Shown here in pieces: positions 49,590 to 62,700 of a stretch of 64,000 bases of DNA. The notes below the pieces were generated by a model. The model was not told the DNA's origin, searched no databases, and was given only the letters and a program-made list of their open reading frames with translations. The translations under genes and the position numbers were made by a program. The DNA comes from Eledone cirrhosa. Lineage: Eukaryota. Location of the stretch: the NCBI GenBank assembly GCA_964016885.1, contig OZ024740.1, positions 433,442,001 through 433,506,000 of the forward strand. The letters are read 5' to 3'. Every line of letters begins with the position of its first letter. Position 1 is the stretch's first letter.

Positions 49590-52500
49590 AGACCTAGTTT
49601 ATCTCATCTGTTTGGGGTGAAAGACCTAGTTTCTCTCATCTGTTTGGGGTGAAAGACCTAGTTTGTCTCATCTGTTTGGGGTGAAAGACCTTGTTTATCT
49701 CATCTGTTTGGGGTGAAAGACCTAGTTTATCTCATCTGTTTGGGGTGAAAGACCTAGTTACTCCTATCTGTTTGGGGTGAAAGACCTAGTTTCTTTCATC
49801 TGTTTGGGATGAAAGACTTAGTTTCTCTCATCTGTTTGGGATGAAAGACCTAGTTTCTTTCATCTGTTTGAGGTGAAAGACCTAGTTTCTCTCATCTGTT
49901 TGGGGTGAAAGACCTAGTTTGTCTCATCTGTTTGGGGTGAAAGACCTAGTTTCTCTCATCTGTTTGGGGTGAAAGACCTACTTTCTCACATCTGTTCGGG
50001 GTGAAAGACCTAGTTTCTCTCATCTGTTTCAGGTGAAAGACCTAGTTTCTCTCATCTGTTTGGGGTGAATGACCTAGTTTCTCTCATCTGCTTGGGATGA
50101 AAGACCTAGTTTCTCTCATCTGTTTGGGGTGAAAGACCTAGTTTCTCTCATCTGTTTGGGATGAAAGACCTAGTTTCTCTCATCTGTTTGGGGTGAAAGA
50201 TCTAGTTTCTCTCATCTGTTTGAGATGAGAGACCTAGTTTCTCTCATCTGTTTGAGGTGAAAGACCTAGTTTCTCTCATCTGTTTGAGGTGAAAGACCTA
50301 GTTTCTGTCATCTGTTTGGGGTGAAAGACCTAGTTTCTGTCATCTGTTTGGGATGAAAGACCTAGTTTCTTTCATCTGTTTGGGATGAAAGACCTAGTTT
50401 CTTTCATCTGTTTGGGGTGAAAGACCTAGTTTCTTTCATCTGTTTGGGATGAAAGACCTATTTTCTCTCATCTGTTTGGGATGAAAGACCTAGTTTCTCT
50501 CATCTGTTAGGGGTGAAAGACCTAGTTTCTTTCATCTGTTTGGGGTGAAACACCTAGTTTATCTCATCCGTTTGGGGTGAAAGACCTAGTTTCTCCTATC
50601 TGTTTGGGGTGAAAGACCTAGTTTCTCTCATCTGTTTGGGGTGAAAGACCTAGTTTCTCACATCTGTTCGGGGTGAAAGACCTAGTTTCTCTCATCTGTT
50701 TCAGGTGAAAGACCTAGTTTCTCTCATCTGTGTGGGGTGAAAGACCTAGTTTCTCTCATCTGTTTGGGGTGAAAGACCTAGTTTCTCTCATCTGTTTGGG
50801 ATGAAAGACCTAGTTTCTTCCATCTGTTTGGGGTGAAAGACGTAGTTTCTCTCATCTGTTTGGGATGAGAGACCTAGTTTCTGTCATGTTTGAGGTGAAA
50901 GACCTAGTTTCATCTGTTTGAGGTGAAAGACCTAGTTTCTCTCATCTGGTTGGGGTGAAAGACCTAGTTTGTCTCATCTGTTTGGGGTGAAACACCTAGT
51001 TTATCTCATCCGTTTGGGGTGAAAGACCTAGTTTCTCCTATCTGTTTGGGGTGAAAGACCTAGTTTCTCTCATCTGTTTGGGGTGAAAGACCTAGTTTCT
51101 CTCATCTGTTTGGGGTGAAAGACCTAGTTTCTCTCATCTGTTTGGGGTGAAAGACCTAGTTTCTCTCATCTGTTTGGGATGAAAGTCCTAGTTTCTTTCA
51201 TCTGTGTGGGGTGAAAGACCTAGTTTCTTTCATATGTTTGAGGTGAAAGACCTAGTTCCATCTGTTTGAAGTGAAAGACCTAGTTTCTCTCATCTGTTTG
51301 GAGTGAAAGACCTAGTTTCACTCATCTGATTGAGGTGAAAGACTTAGTTTCTCTCATCTGTTTGGGGTGAAAGACGTAGTTTCTCTCATCTGTTTGGGGT
51401 GAAAGACCTAGTTTCTGTCATCTGTTTGAGGTGAAAGGCCTAGTTTCTTTCATCTGTTTGAGGTGAAAGACGTAGTTTCTCTCATCTGTTTGGAGTGAAA
51501 GACCTAGTTTCACTCATCTGTTTGGAGTGTATGACCTAGTTTCACTCATCTGTTTGAGGTGAAAGACTTAGTTTCTCTCATCTGTTTGGGGTGAAAGACG
51601 TAGTTTCTCTCATCTGTTTGGGGTGAAAGACCTAGATTCTGTCATCTGTTTGAGGTGAAAGGCCTAGTTTCTTTCATCTGTTTGGGGTGAAAGACCTAGT
51701 TTCTTTCATCTGTTTGGGGTGAAAGACCTAGTTTCTTTCATCTGTTTGGGGTGAAAGACCTAGTTTCTCTCATCTGTTAGGGGTGAAAGACCTAGTTTCT
51801 TTCATCTGTTTGGGATGAAAGACCTAGTTTCTTTCATCTGTTTGGGGTGAATGACCTAGTTTCTTTCATCTGTTTGGGGTGAAAGACCTAATTTCTTTCA
51901 TCTGTTTGGAGTGAAAGACCTAGTTTCTTTCATCTGTTTGGTATGAAAGACCTAGTTTCTTTCATCTGGTTGGGATGAAAGACCTAGTTTCTCTCATCTG
52001 TTTGGGGTGAAAGACCTAGTTTGTCTCATCTGTTTGGGGTGAAAGACCTAGTTTCTTTCATCTGTTTGGGATGAAAGACCTAGTTTCTTTCATCTGTTTG
52101 GGATGAAAGACCTAGTTTCTTTCATCTGTTTGGGATGAAAGACCTAGTTTCTTTCATCTGTTTGGGGTGAAAGACCTAGTTTCTTTCATCTGTTTGGGAT
52201 GAAAGACCTATTTTCTCTCATCTGTTTGGGATGAAAGACCTAGTTTCTCTCATCTGTTAGGGGTGAAAGACCTAGTTTCTTTCATCTGTTTGGGGTGAAA
52301 CACCTAGTTTATCTCATCCGTTTGGGGTGAAAGACCTAGTTTCTCCTATCTGTTTGGGGTGAAAGACCTAGTTTCTCTCATCTGTTTGGGGTGAAAGACC
52401 TAGTTTCTCTCATCTGTTTGGGATGAAAGTCCTAGTTTCTTTCATCTGTTTGGGGTGAAAGAACAAGTTTCTTTCATCTGTTTGAGGTGAAAGACCTAGT

Positions 52501-55500
52501 TCCATCTGTTTGAAGTGAAAGACCTAGTTTCTCTCATCTGTTTGGAGTGAAAGACCTAGTTTAACTCATCTAATTGAGGTGAAAGACTTAGTTTCTCTCA
52601 TCTGTTTGGGGTGAAAGACGTAGTTTCTCTCATCTGTTTGGGGTGAAAGACCTAGTTTCTGTCATCTGTTTGAGGTGAAATGCCTAGTTTCTTTCATCTG
52701 TTTGAGGTGAAAGACGTAGTTTCTCTCATCTGTTTGGAGTGAAAGACGTAGTTTCACTCATCTGTTTGGAGTGTAAGACCTAGTTTCACTCATCTGTTTG
52801 AGGTGAAAGACTTAGTTTCTCTCATCTGTTTGGGGTGAAAGACGTAGTTTCTCTCATCTGTTTGGGGTGAAAGACCTAGATTCTGTCATCTGTTTGAGGT
52901 GAAAGGCCTAGTTTCTTTCATCTGTTTGGGGTGAAAGACCTAGTTTCTTTCATCTGTTTGGGGTGAAAGACCTAGTTTCTTTCATCTGTTTGGGGTGAAA
53001 GACCTAGTTTCTCTCATCTGTTAGGGGTGAAAGACCTAGTTTCTTTCATCTGTTTGGGATGAAAGACCTAGTTTCTTTCATCTGTTTGGGGTGAAAGACC
53101 TAGTTTCTTTCATCTGTTTGGGGTGAAAGACCTAGTTTCTTTCATCTGTTTGGGGTGAAAGACCTAGTTTCTTTCATCTGTTTGGGATGAAAGACCTAGT
53201 TTCTTTCATCTGGTTGGGATGAAAGACCTAGTTTCTCTCATCTGTTTGGGGTGAAAGACCTAGTTTGTCTCATCTGTTTGGGGTGAAAGACCTAGTTTCT
53301 TTCATCTGTTTGGGATGAAAGACCTAGTTTATTTCATCTGTTTGGGATGAAAGACCTAGTTTCTTTCATCTGTTTGGGATGAAAGACCTAGTTTCTTTCA
53401 TCTGTTTGGGGTGAAAGACCTAGTTTCTTTCATCTGTTTGGGATGAAAGACCTATTTTCTCTCATCTGTTTGGGATGAAAGACCTAGTTTCTCTCATCTG
53501 TTAGGGGTGAAAGACCTAGTTTCTTTCATCTGTTTGGGATGAAAGACCTAGTTTCTTTCATCTATTTGGGGTGAAAGACCTAGTTTCTTTCATCTGTTTG
53601 GGGTGAAAGACCTAGTTTCTCTCATCTGTTTGGGATGAAAGACCTAGTTTCTTTCATCTGTTTGGGGTGAAAGACCTAGTTTCTTTCATCTGTTTGGGGT
53701 GAAAGACCTAGATTCTGTCATCTGTTTGAGGTGAAAGGCCTAGTTTCTTTCATGTGTTTGAGGTGAAAGGCCTAGTTTCTCTAATCTGTTTGGGGTGAAA
53801 GACTTAGTTTCTCTCATCTGTTTGAGGTGAAATACTTATTTTCTTTCATCTGTTTGGGGTGAAAGACCCAGTTTCTCTCATCTGTTTGGAGTGAAAGACC
53901 TAGTTTCTCTCATCTGTTTGCCGTGAAAAACCTAGTTTCTCTCATCTGTTTGAGGTGAAAGACCTAGTTTCTCTCATCTGTTTGGGATGAAAGACCTAGT
54001 TTCTTTCATCTGTTTGGGGTGAAAGACCTAGTTTCTTTCATCTGTTTGGGATGAAAGACCTAGTTTCTTTCATCTGTTTGGGGTGAAAGACCTAGTTTCT
54101 CTCATCTGTTTGGGGTGAAAGACCTAGTTTCTTTCATCTGTTTGGGGTGAAAGATCTAGTTTCTTTCATCTGTTTGGGGTGAAAGACCTAGTTTCTTTAA
54201 TCTGTTAGGGGTGAAAGACCTAGTTTCTTTCATCTGTTTGGGATGAAAGACCTAGTTTCTTTCATCTGTTTGGGGTGAAAGACCTAGTTTCTTTCATCTG
54301 TTTGGGGTGAAAGACCTAGTTTCTTTCATCTGTTTGGGGTGAAAGACCTAGTTTCTCTCATCTGTTAGGAGTGAAAGACCTAGTTTCTTTCATCTGTTTG
54401 GGATGAAAGACCTAGTTTCTTTCATCTGTTTGGGGTGAAAGACCTAGTTTCTTTCATCTGTTTGGGGTGAAAGACCTAGTTTCTTTCATCTGTTTGGGGT
54501 GAAAGACCTAGTTTCTTTCATCTGTTTGGGATGAAAGACCTAGTTTCTTTCATCTGGTTGGGATGAAAGACCTAGTTTCTCTCATCTGTTTGGGGTGAAA
54601 GACCTAGTTTCTTTCATCTATTTGGGGTGAAAGACCTAGTTTCTGTCATCTGTTTGGGGTGAAAGACCTAGTTTCTCTCATCTGTTTGGGGTGAAAGACC
54701 TAGTTTCTCTCATCTGTTTGGGGTGAAAGACCTAGTTTGTCTCATCTGTTTGGGGTGAAAGACCTTGTTTATCTCATCTGTTTGGGGTGAAAGACCTAGT
54801 TTATCTCATCTGTTTGGGGTGAAAGACCTAGTTACTCCTATCTGTTTGGGGTGAAAGACCTAGTTTCTTTCATCTGTTTGGGATGAAAGACTTAGTTTCT
54901 CTCATCTGTTTGGGATGAAAGACCTAGATTCTTTCATCTGTTTGAGGTGAAAGACCTAGTTTCTCTCATCTGTTTGGGGTGAAAGACCTAGTTTGTCTCA
55001 TCTGTTTGGGGTGAAAGACCTAGTTTCTCTCATCTGTTTGGGGTGAAAGACCTACTTTCTCACATCTGTTCGGGGTGAAAGACCTAGTTTCTCTCATCTG
55101 TTTCAGGTGAAAGACCTAGTTTCTCTCATCTGTTTGGGGTGAATGACCTAGTTTCTCTCATCTGCTTGGGATGAAAGACCTAGTTTCTCTCATCTGTTTG
55201 GGGTGAAAGACCTAGTTTCTCTCATCTGTTTGGGATGAAAGACCTAGTTTCTCTCATCTGTTTGGGGTGAAAGATCTAGTTTCTCTCATCTGTTTGAGAT
55301 GAGAGACCTAGTTTCTCTCATCTGTTTGAGGTGAAAGACCTAGTTTCTCTCATCTGTTTGAGGTGAAAGACCTAGTTTCTGTCATCTGTTTGGGGTGAAA
55401 GACCTAGTTTCTGTCATCTGTTTGGGATGAAAGACCTAGTTTCTTTCATCTGTTTGGGATGAAAGACCTAGTTTCTTTCATCTGTTTGGGGTGAAAGACC

Positions 55501-58500
55501 TAGTTTCTTTCATCTGTTTGGGATGAAAGACCTATTTTCTCTCATCTGTTTGGGATGAAAGACCTAGTTTCTCTCATCTGTTAGGGGTGAAAGACCTAGT
55601 TTCTTTCATCTGTTTGGGGTGAAACACCTAGTTTATCTCATCCGTTTGGGGTGAAAGACCTAGTTTCTCCTATCTGTTTGGGGTGAAAGACCTAGTTTCT
55701 CTCATCTGTTTGGGGTGAAAGACCTACTTTCTCACATCTGTTCGGGGTGAAAGACCTAGTTTCTCTCATCTGTTTCAGGTGAAAGACCTAGTTTCTCTCA
55801 TCTGTGTGGGGTGAAAGACCTAGTTTCTCTCATCTGTTTGGGGTGAAAGACCTAGTTTCTCTCATCTGTTTGGGATGAAAGACCTAGTTTCTTCCATCTG
55901 TTTGGGGTGAAAGACGTAGTTTCTCTCATCTGTTTGGGATGAGAGACCTAGTTTCTGTCATGTTTGAGGTGAAAGACCTAGTTTCATCTGTTTGAGGTGA
56001 AAGACCTAGTTTCTCTCATCTGGTTGGGGTGAAAGACCTAGTTTGTCTCATCTGTTTGGGGTGAAACACCTAGTTTATCTCATCCGTTTGGGGTGAAAGA
56101 CCTAGTTTCTCCTATCTGTTTGGGGTGAAAGACCTAGTTTCTCTCATCTGTTTGGGGTGAAAGACCTAGTTTCTCTCATCTGTTTGGGGTGAAAGACCTA
56201 GTTTCTCTCATCTGTTTGGGGTGAAAGACCTAGTTTCTCTCATCTGTTTGGGATGAAAGTCCTAGTTTCTTTCATCTGTGTGGGGTGAAAGACCTAGTTT
56301 CTTTCATCTGTTTGAGGTGAAAGACCTAGTTCCATCTGTTTGAAGTGAAAGACCTAGTTTCTCTCATCTGTTTGGAGTGAAAGACCTAGTTTCACTCATC
56401 TGATTGAGGTGAAAGACTTAGTTTCTCTCATCTGTTTGGGGTGAAAGACGTAGTTTCTCTCATCTGTTTGGGGTGAAAGACCTAGTTTCTGTCATCTGTT
56501 TGAGGTGAAAGGCCTAGTTTCTTTCATCTGTTTGAGGTGAAAGACGTAGTTTCTCTCATCTGTTTGGAGTGAAAGACCTAGTTTCACTCATCTGTTTGGA
56601 GTGTATGACCTAGTTTCACTCATCTGTTTGAGGTGAAAGACTTAGTTTCTCTCATCTGTTTGGGGTGAAAGACGTAGTTTCTCTCATCTGTTTGGGGTGA
56701 AAGACCTAGATTCTGTCATCTGTTTGAGGTGAAAGGCCTAGTTTCTTTCATCTGTTTGGGGTGAAAGACCTAGTTTCTTTCATCTGTTTGGGGTGAAAGA
56801 CCTAGTTTCTTTCATCTGTTTGGGGTGAAAGACCTAGTTTCTCTCATCTGTTAGGGGTGAAAGACCTAGTTTCTTTCATCTGTTTGGGATGAAAGACCTA
56901 GTTTCTTTCATCTGTTTGGGGTGAATGACCTAGTTTCTTTCATCTGTTTGGGGTGAAAGACCTAATTTCTTTCATCTGTTTGGAGTGAAAGACCTAGTTT
57001 CTTTCATCTGTTTGGTATGAAAGACCTAGTTTCTTTCATCTGGTTGGGATGAAAGACCTAGTTTCTCTCATCTGTTTGGGGTGAAAGACCTAGTTTGTCT
57101 CATCTGTTTGGGGTGAAAGACCTAGTTTCTTTCATCTGTTTGGGATGAAAGACCTAGTTTCTTTCATCTGTTTGGGATGAAAGACCTAGTTTCTTTCATC
57201 TGTTTGGGATGAAAGACCTAGTTTCTTTCATCTGTTTGGGGTGAAAGACCTAGTTTCTTTCATCTGTTTGGGATGAAAGACCTATTTTCTCTCATCTGTT
57301 TGGGATGAAAGACCTAGTTTCTCTCATCTGTTAGGGGTGAAAGACCTAGTTTCTTTCATCTGTTTGGGGTGAAACACCTAGTTTATCTCATCCGTTTGGG
57401 GTGAAAGACCTAGTTTCTCCTATCTGTTTGGGGTGAAAGACCTAGTTTCTCTCATCTGTTTGGGGTGAAAGACCTAGTTTCTCTCATCTGTTTGGGATGA
57501 AAGTCCTAGTTTCTTTCATCTGTTTGGGGTGAAAGAACAAGTTTCTTTCATCTGTTTGAGGTGAAAGACCTAGTTCCATCTGTTTGAAGTGAAAGACCTA
57601 GTTTCTCTCATCTGTTTGGAGTGAAAGACCTAGTTTAACTCATCTAATTGAGGTGAAAGACTTAGTTTCTCTCATCTGTTTGGGGTGAAAGACGTAGTTT
57701 CTCTCATCTGTTTGGGGTGAAAGACCTAGTTTCTGTCATCTGTTTGAGGTGAAATGCCTAGTTTCTTTCATCTGTTTGAGGTGAAAGACGTAGTTTCTCT
57801 CATCTGTTTGGAGTGAAAGACGTAGTTTCACTCATCTGTTTGGAGTGTAAGACCTAGTTTCACTCATCTGTTTGAGGTGAAAGACTTAGTTTCTCTCATC
57901 TGTTTGGGGTGAAAGACGTAGTTTCTCTCATCTGTTTGGGGTGAAAGACCTAGATTCTGTCATCTGAGGTGAAAGGCCTAGTTTCTTTCATCTGTTTGGG
58001 GTGAAAGACCTAGTTTCTTTCATCTGTTTGGGGTGAAAGACCTAGTTTCTTTCATCTGTTTGGGGTGAAAGACCTAGTTTCTCTCATCTGTTAGGGGTGA
58101 AAGACCTAGTTTCTTTCATCTGTTTGGGATGAAAGACCTAGTTTCTTTCATCTGTTTGGGGTGAAAGACCTAGTTTCTTTCATCTGTTTGGGGTGAAAGA
58201 CCTAGTTTCTTTCATCTGTTTGGGGTGAAAGACCTAGTTTCTTTCATCTGTTTGGGATGAAAGACCTAGTTTCTTTCATCTGGTTGGGATGAAAGACCTA
58301 GTTTCTCTCATCTGTTTGGGGTGAAAGACCTAGTTTGTCTCATCTGTTTGGGGTGAAAGACCTAGTTTCTTTCATCTGTTTGGGATGAAAGACCTAGTTT
58401 CTTTCATCTGTTTGGGATGAAAGACCTAGTTTCTTTCATCTGTTTGGGATGAAAGACCTAGTTTCTTTCATCTGTTTGGGGTGAAAGACCTAGTTTCTTT

Positions 58501-59760
58501 CATCTGTTTGGGATGAAAGACCTATTTTCTCTCATCTGTTTGGGATGAAAGACCTAGTTTCTCTCATCTGTTAGGGGTGAAAGACCTAGTTTCTTTCATC
58601 TGTTTGGGATGAAAGACCTAGTTTCTTTCATCTATTTGGGGTGAAAGACCTAGTTTCTTTCATCTGTTTGGGGTGAAAGACCTAGTTTCTCTCATCTGTT
58701 TGGGATGAAAGACCTAGTTTCTTTCATCTGTTTGGGGTGAAAGACCTAGTTTCTTTCATCTGTTTGGGGTGAAAGACCTAGATTCTGTCATCTGTTTGAG
58801 GTGAAAGGCCTAGTTTCTTTCATGTGTTTGAGGTGAAAGGCCTAGTTTCTCTAATCTGTTTGGGGTGAAAGACTTAGTTTCTCTCATCTGTTTGAGGTGA
58901 AATACTTATTTTCTTTCATCTGTTTGGGGTGAAAGACCCAGTTTCTCTCATCTGTTTGGAGTGAAAGACCTAGTTTCTCTCATCTGTTTGCCGTGAAAAA
59001 CCTAGTTTCTCTCATCTGTTTGAGGTGAAAGACCTAGTTTCTCTCATCTGTTTGGGATGAAAGACCTAGTTTCTCTCATCTGTTTGGGGTGAAAGACCTA
59101 GTTTCTTTCATCTGTTTGGGATGAAAGACCTAGTTTCTTTCATCTGTTTGGGGTGAAAGACCTAGTTTCTCTCATCTGTTTGGGGTGAAAGACCTAGTTT
59201 CTTTCATCTGTTTGGGGTGAAAGATCTAGTTTCTTTCATCTGTTTGGGGTGAAAGACCTAGTTTCTTTAATCTGTTAGGGGTGAAAGACCTAGTTTCTTT
59301 CATCTGTTTGGGATGAAAGACCTAGTTTCTTTCATCTGTTTGGGGTGAAAGACCTAGTTTCTTTCATCTGTTTGGGGTGAAAGACCTAGTTTCTTTCATC
59401 TGTTTGGGGTGAAAGACCTAGTTTCTCTCATCTGTTAGGAGTGAAAGACCTAGTTTCTTTCATCTGTTTGGGATGAAAGACCTAGTTTCTTTCATCTGTT
59501 TGGGGTGAAAGACCTAGTTTCTTTCATCTGTTTGGGGTGAAAGACCTAGTTTCTTTCATCTGTTTGGGGTGAAAGACCTAGTTTCTTTCATCTGTTTGGG
59601 ATGAAAGACCTAGTTTCTTTCATCTGGTTGGGATGAAAGACCTAGTTTCTCTCATCTGTTTGGGGTGAAAGACCTAGTTTCTTTCATCTATTTGGGGTGA
59701 AAGACCTAGTTTCTGTCATCTGTTTGGGGTGAAAGACCTAGTTTCTCTCATCTGTTTGGG
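49590..59760 (+). repeat. ~5.07 kb higher-order tandem duplication, followed by a ~1.5 kb partial third copy to ~61230
   Basis: GTTACTCC at 49757 and 54831 (offset 5074). CCGTGAAAAA at 53921, 58991 (offset 5070) and 60495 (offset 1504). Confidence 0.87.
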
Positions 59761-62700
59761 GTGAAAGACCTAGTTTCTTTCATCTGGTTGGGATGAAAGA
59801 CCTAGTTTCTCTCATCTGTTTGGGGTGAAAGACCTAGTTTGTCTCATCTGTTTGGGGTGAAAGACCTAGTTTCTTTCATCTGTTTGGGATGAAAGACCTA
59901 GTTTCTTTCATCTGTTTGGGATGAAAGACCTAGTTTCTTTCATCTGTTTGGGATGAAAGACCTAGTTTCTTTCATCTGTTTGGGGTGAAAGACCTAGTTT
60001 CTTTCATCTGTTTGGGATGAAAGACCTATTTTCTCTCATCTGTTTGGGATGAAAGACCTAGTTTCTCTCATCAGTTAGGGGTGAAAGACCTAGTTTCTTT
60101 CATCTGTTTGGGATGAAAGACCTAGTTTCTTTCATCTATTTGGGGTGAAAGACCTAGTTTCTTTCATCTGTTTGGGGTGAAAGACCTAGTTTCTCTCATC
60201 TGTTTGGGATGAAAGACCTAGTTTCTTTCATCTGTTTGGGGTGAAAGACCTAGTTTCTTTCATCTGTTTGGGGTGAAAGACCTAGATTCTGTCATCTGTT
60301 TGAGGTGAAAGGCCTAGTTTCTTTCATGTGTTTGAGGTGAAAGGCCTAGTTTCTCTAATCTGTTTGGGGTGAAAGACTTAGTTTCTCTCATCTGTTTGAG
60401 GTGAAATACTTATTTTCTTTCATCTGTTTGGGGTGAAAGACCCAGTTTCTCTCATCTGTTTGGAGTGAAAGACCTAGTTTCTCTCATCTGTTTGCCGTGA
60501 AAAACCTAGTTTCTCTCATCTGTTTGGGATGAAAGACCTAGTTTCTTTCATCTGTTTGGGGTGAAAGACCTAGTTTCTTTCATCTGTTTGGGATGAAAGA
60601 CCTAGTTTCTTTCATCTGTTTGGGGTGAAAGACCTAGTTTCTCTCATCTGTTTGGGGTGAAAGACCTAGTTTCTTTCATCTGTTTGGGGTGAAAGATCTA
60701 GTTTCTTTCATCTGTTTGGGGTGAAAGACCTAGTTTCTTTAATCTGTTAGGGGTGAAAGACCTAGTTTCTTTCATCTGTTTGGGATGAAAGACCTAGTTT
60801 CTTTCATCTGTTTGGGGTGAAAGACCTAGTTTCTTTCATCTGTTTGGGGTGAAAGACCTAGTTTCTTTCATCTGTTTGGGGTGAAAGACCTAGTTTCTCT
60901 CATCTGTTAGGAGTGAAAGACCTAGTTTCTTTCATCTGTTTGGGATGAAAGACCTAGTTTCTTTCATCTGTTTGGGGTGAAAGACCTAGTTTCTTTCATC
61001 TGTTTGGGGTGAAAGACCTAGTTTCTTTCATCTGTTTGGGGTGAAAGACCTAGTTTCTTTCATCTGTTTGGGATGAAAGACCTAGTTTCTTTCATCTGGT
61101 TGGGATGAAAGACCTAGTTTCTCTCATCTGTTTGGGGTGAAAGACCTAGTTTCTTTCATCTATTTGGGGTGAAAGACCTAGTTTCTGTCATCTGTTTGGG
61201 GTGAAAGACCTAGTTTCTCTCATCTGTTTGGGGTGAAAGACCTAGTTTCTGTCATTTGTTTGGGGTGAAAGGCCTAGTTTCTTTCATCTGTTTAGTGTGA
61301 AAGAACTAGTTTCTGTCATCTGTTTGGGGTCAAAGTCCTAGTTTCTGTCATCTTTTTGGAGTGAAAGACCTAGTTTCTCTCATCTGTTTGGGATGAAAGA
61401 CCTAGTTTCTCTCATCTGTTTGACGTGAAAGACCTAGTTTCACTCATCTGTTTTGGGTGAAAGACCTAGTTTGTCTCATCTGTTTGGGGTGAAAGACCTA
61501 GTTTATCTCATCTGTTTGGGGTGAAAGACCTAGTTTGAGTCATCTGTTTGGGGTGAAAGACCTAGTTTCTGTCATCTGTTTGGGGTGAAAGACCAAGTTT
61601 CTCTCATCTGTTTGGGATGAAAGACGTAGTTTCTTTCATCTGTTTGGGATGAAAGACCTAGTTTCTGTCATTCGTTTGGCGTGAAATACCTAGTTTCTCT
61701 CATCTGTCTGAGGTGAAAGACCTAGTTTTTCTCATCTGTTTGGGGTGAAAGACCTAGTTTCTTTAATCTGTTTGAGGTGAAAGACCTAGTTTCTTTCATC
61801 TGTTTGGGGTGAAAGACCTAGTTTCTCTCATCTGTTTAAGTTGAAAGACTTAGTTTCTCTCATCTGTTTGGGATGAAAGACTTAGTTTCTCTCATCTGTT
61901 TGGCATGAAAGACCTAGTTTGTCTCATCTGTTTGGGGTGAAAGACCTAGTTTCTGTAATCTGTTTGGGCTGAAAGACCTAGTTTCTGTCATCTTTTTGGG
62001 GTGAAAGACCTAGTTTCTCTCATCTGTTTGGTATGAGCATCCTAGTTTCTCTCATCTGTTTGGGATGAAAGACTTAGTTTCTCTCATTTGTTTGGGATGA
62101 AAGAGCTAGTTTCTTTCATCTGGTTGGGGTTAAAGACCTAGTTTGTCTCATCTGTTTGGGGTGAAAGACCTAGTTTATCTCATCCGTTTGGGGTGAAAGA
62201 CCTAGTTTCTCCTATCTGTTTGGGGTGAAAGACCTAGTTTCTCTCATCTGTTTGAGGTGAAAGACCTAGTTTCTTTCATCTGTTTGGGGTGAAAGACCTA
62301 GTTTCGCTCATCTCTTTGGGGTGAAAGACCTAGTTTCTTTTATCTGTTTGGGCTTAAAGAGCTAGTTTGTCTCATCTGTTTGGGGTGAAAGACCTAGTTT
62401 CTCTCCTCTGTTTGGGGTGAAAGACCTAGTTTCTCTCATCTGTTTGGGGTGAAAAACCTAGTTTCTCTCATCTGTTTGGGGTGAAAGACCTAGTTTCTCT
62501 CATCTGTTGGGATGAAAGACCTAGTTTCTCTCATCTGTTGGGATGAAAGACCTAGTTTCTGTCATTCGTTTGCCGTGAAAAACCTAGTTTCTCTCATCTG
62601 TTTGAGGTTAAAGACCTAGTTTTTCTCATCTCTTTGGGGTGAAAGACCTAGTTTCTCTCCTGTGTTTGGGGTGAAAGACCTAGTTTCTCTCATCTGTTTG

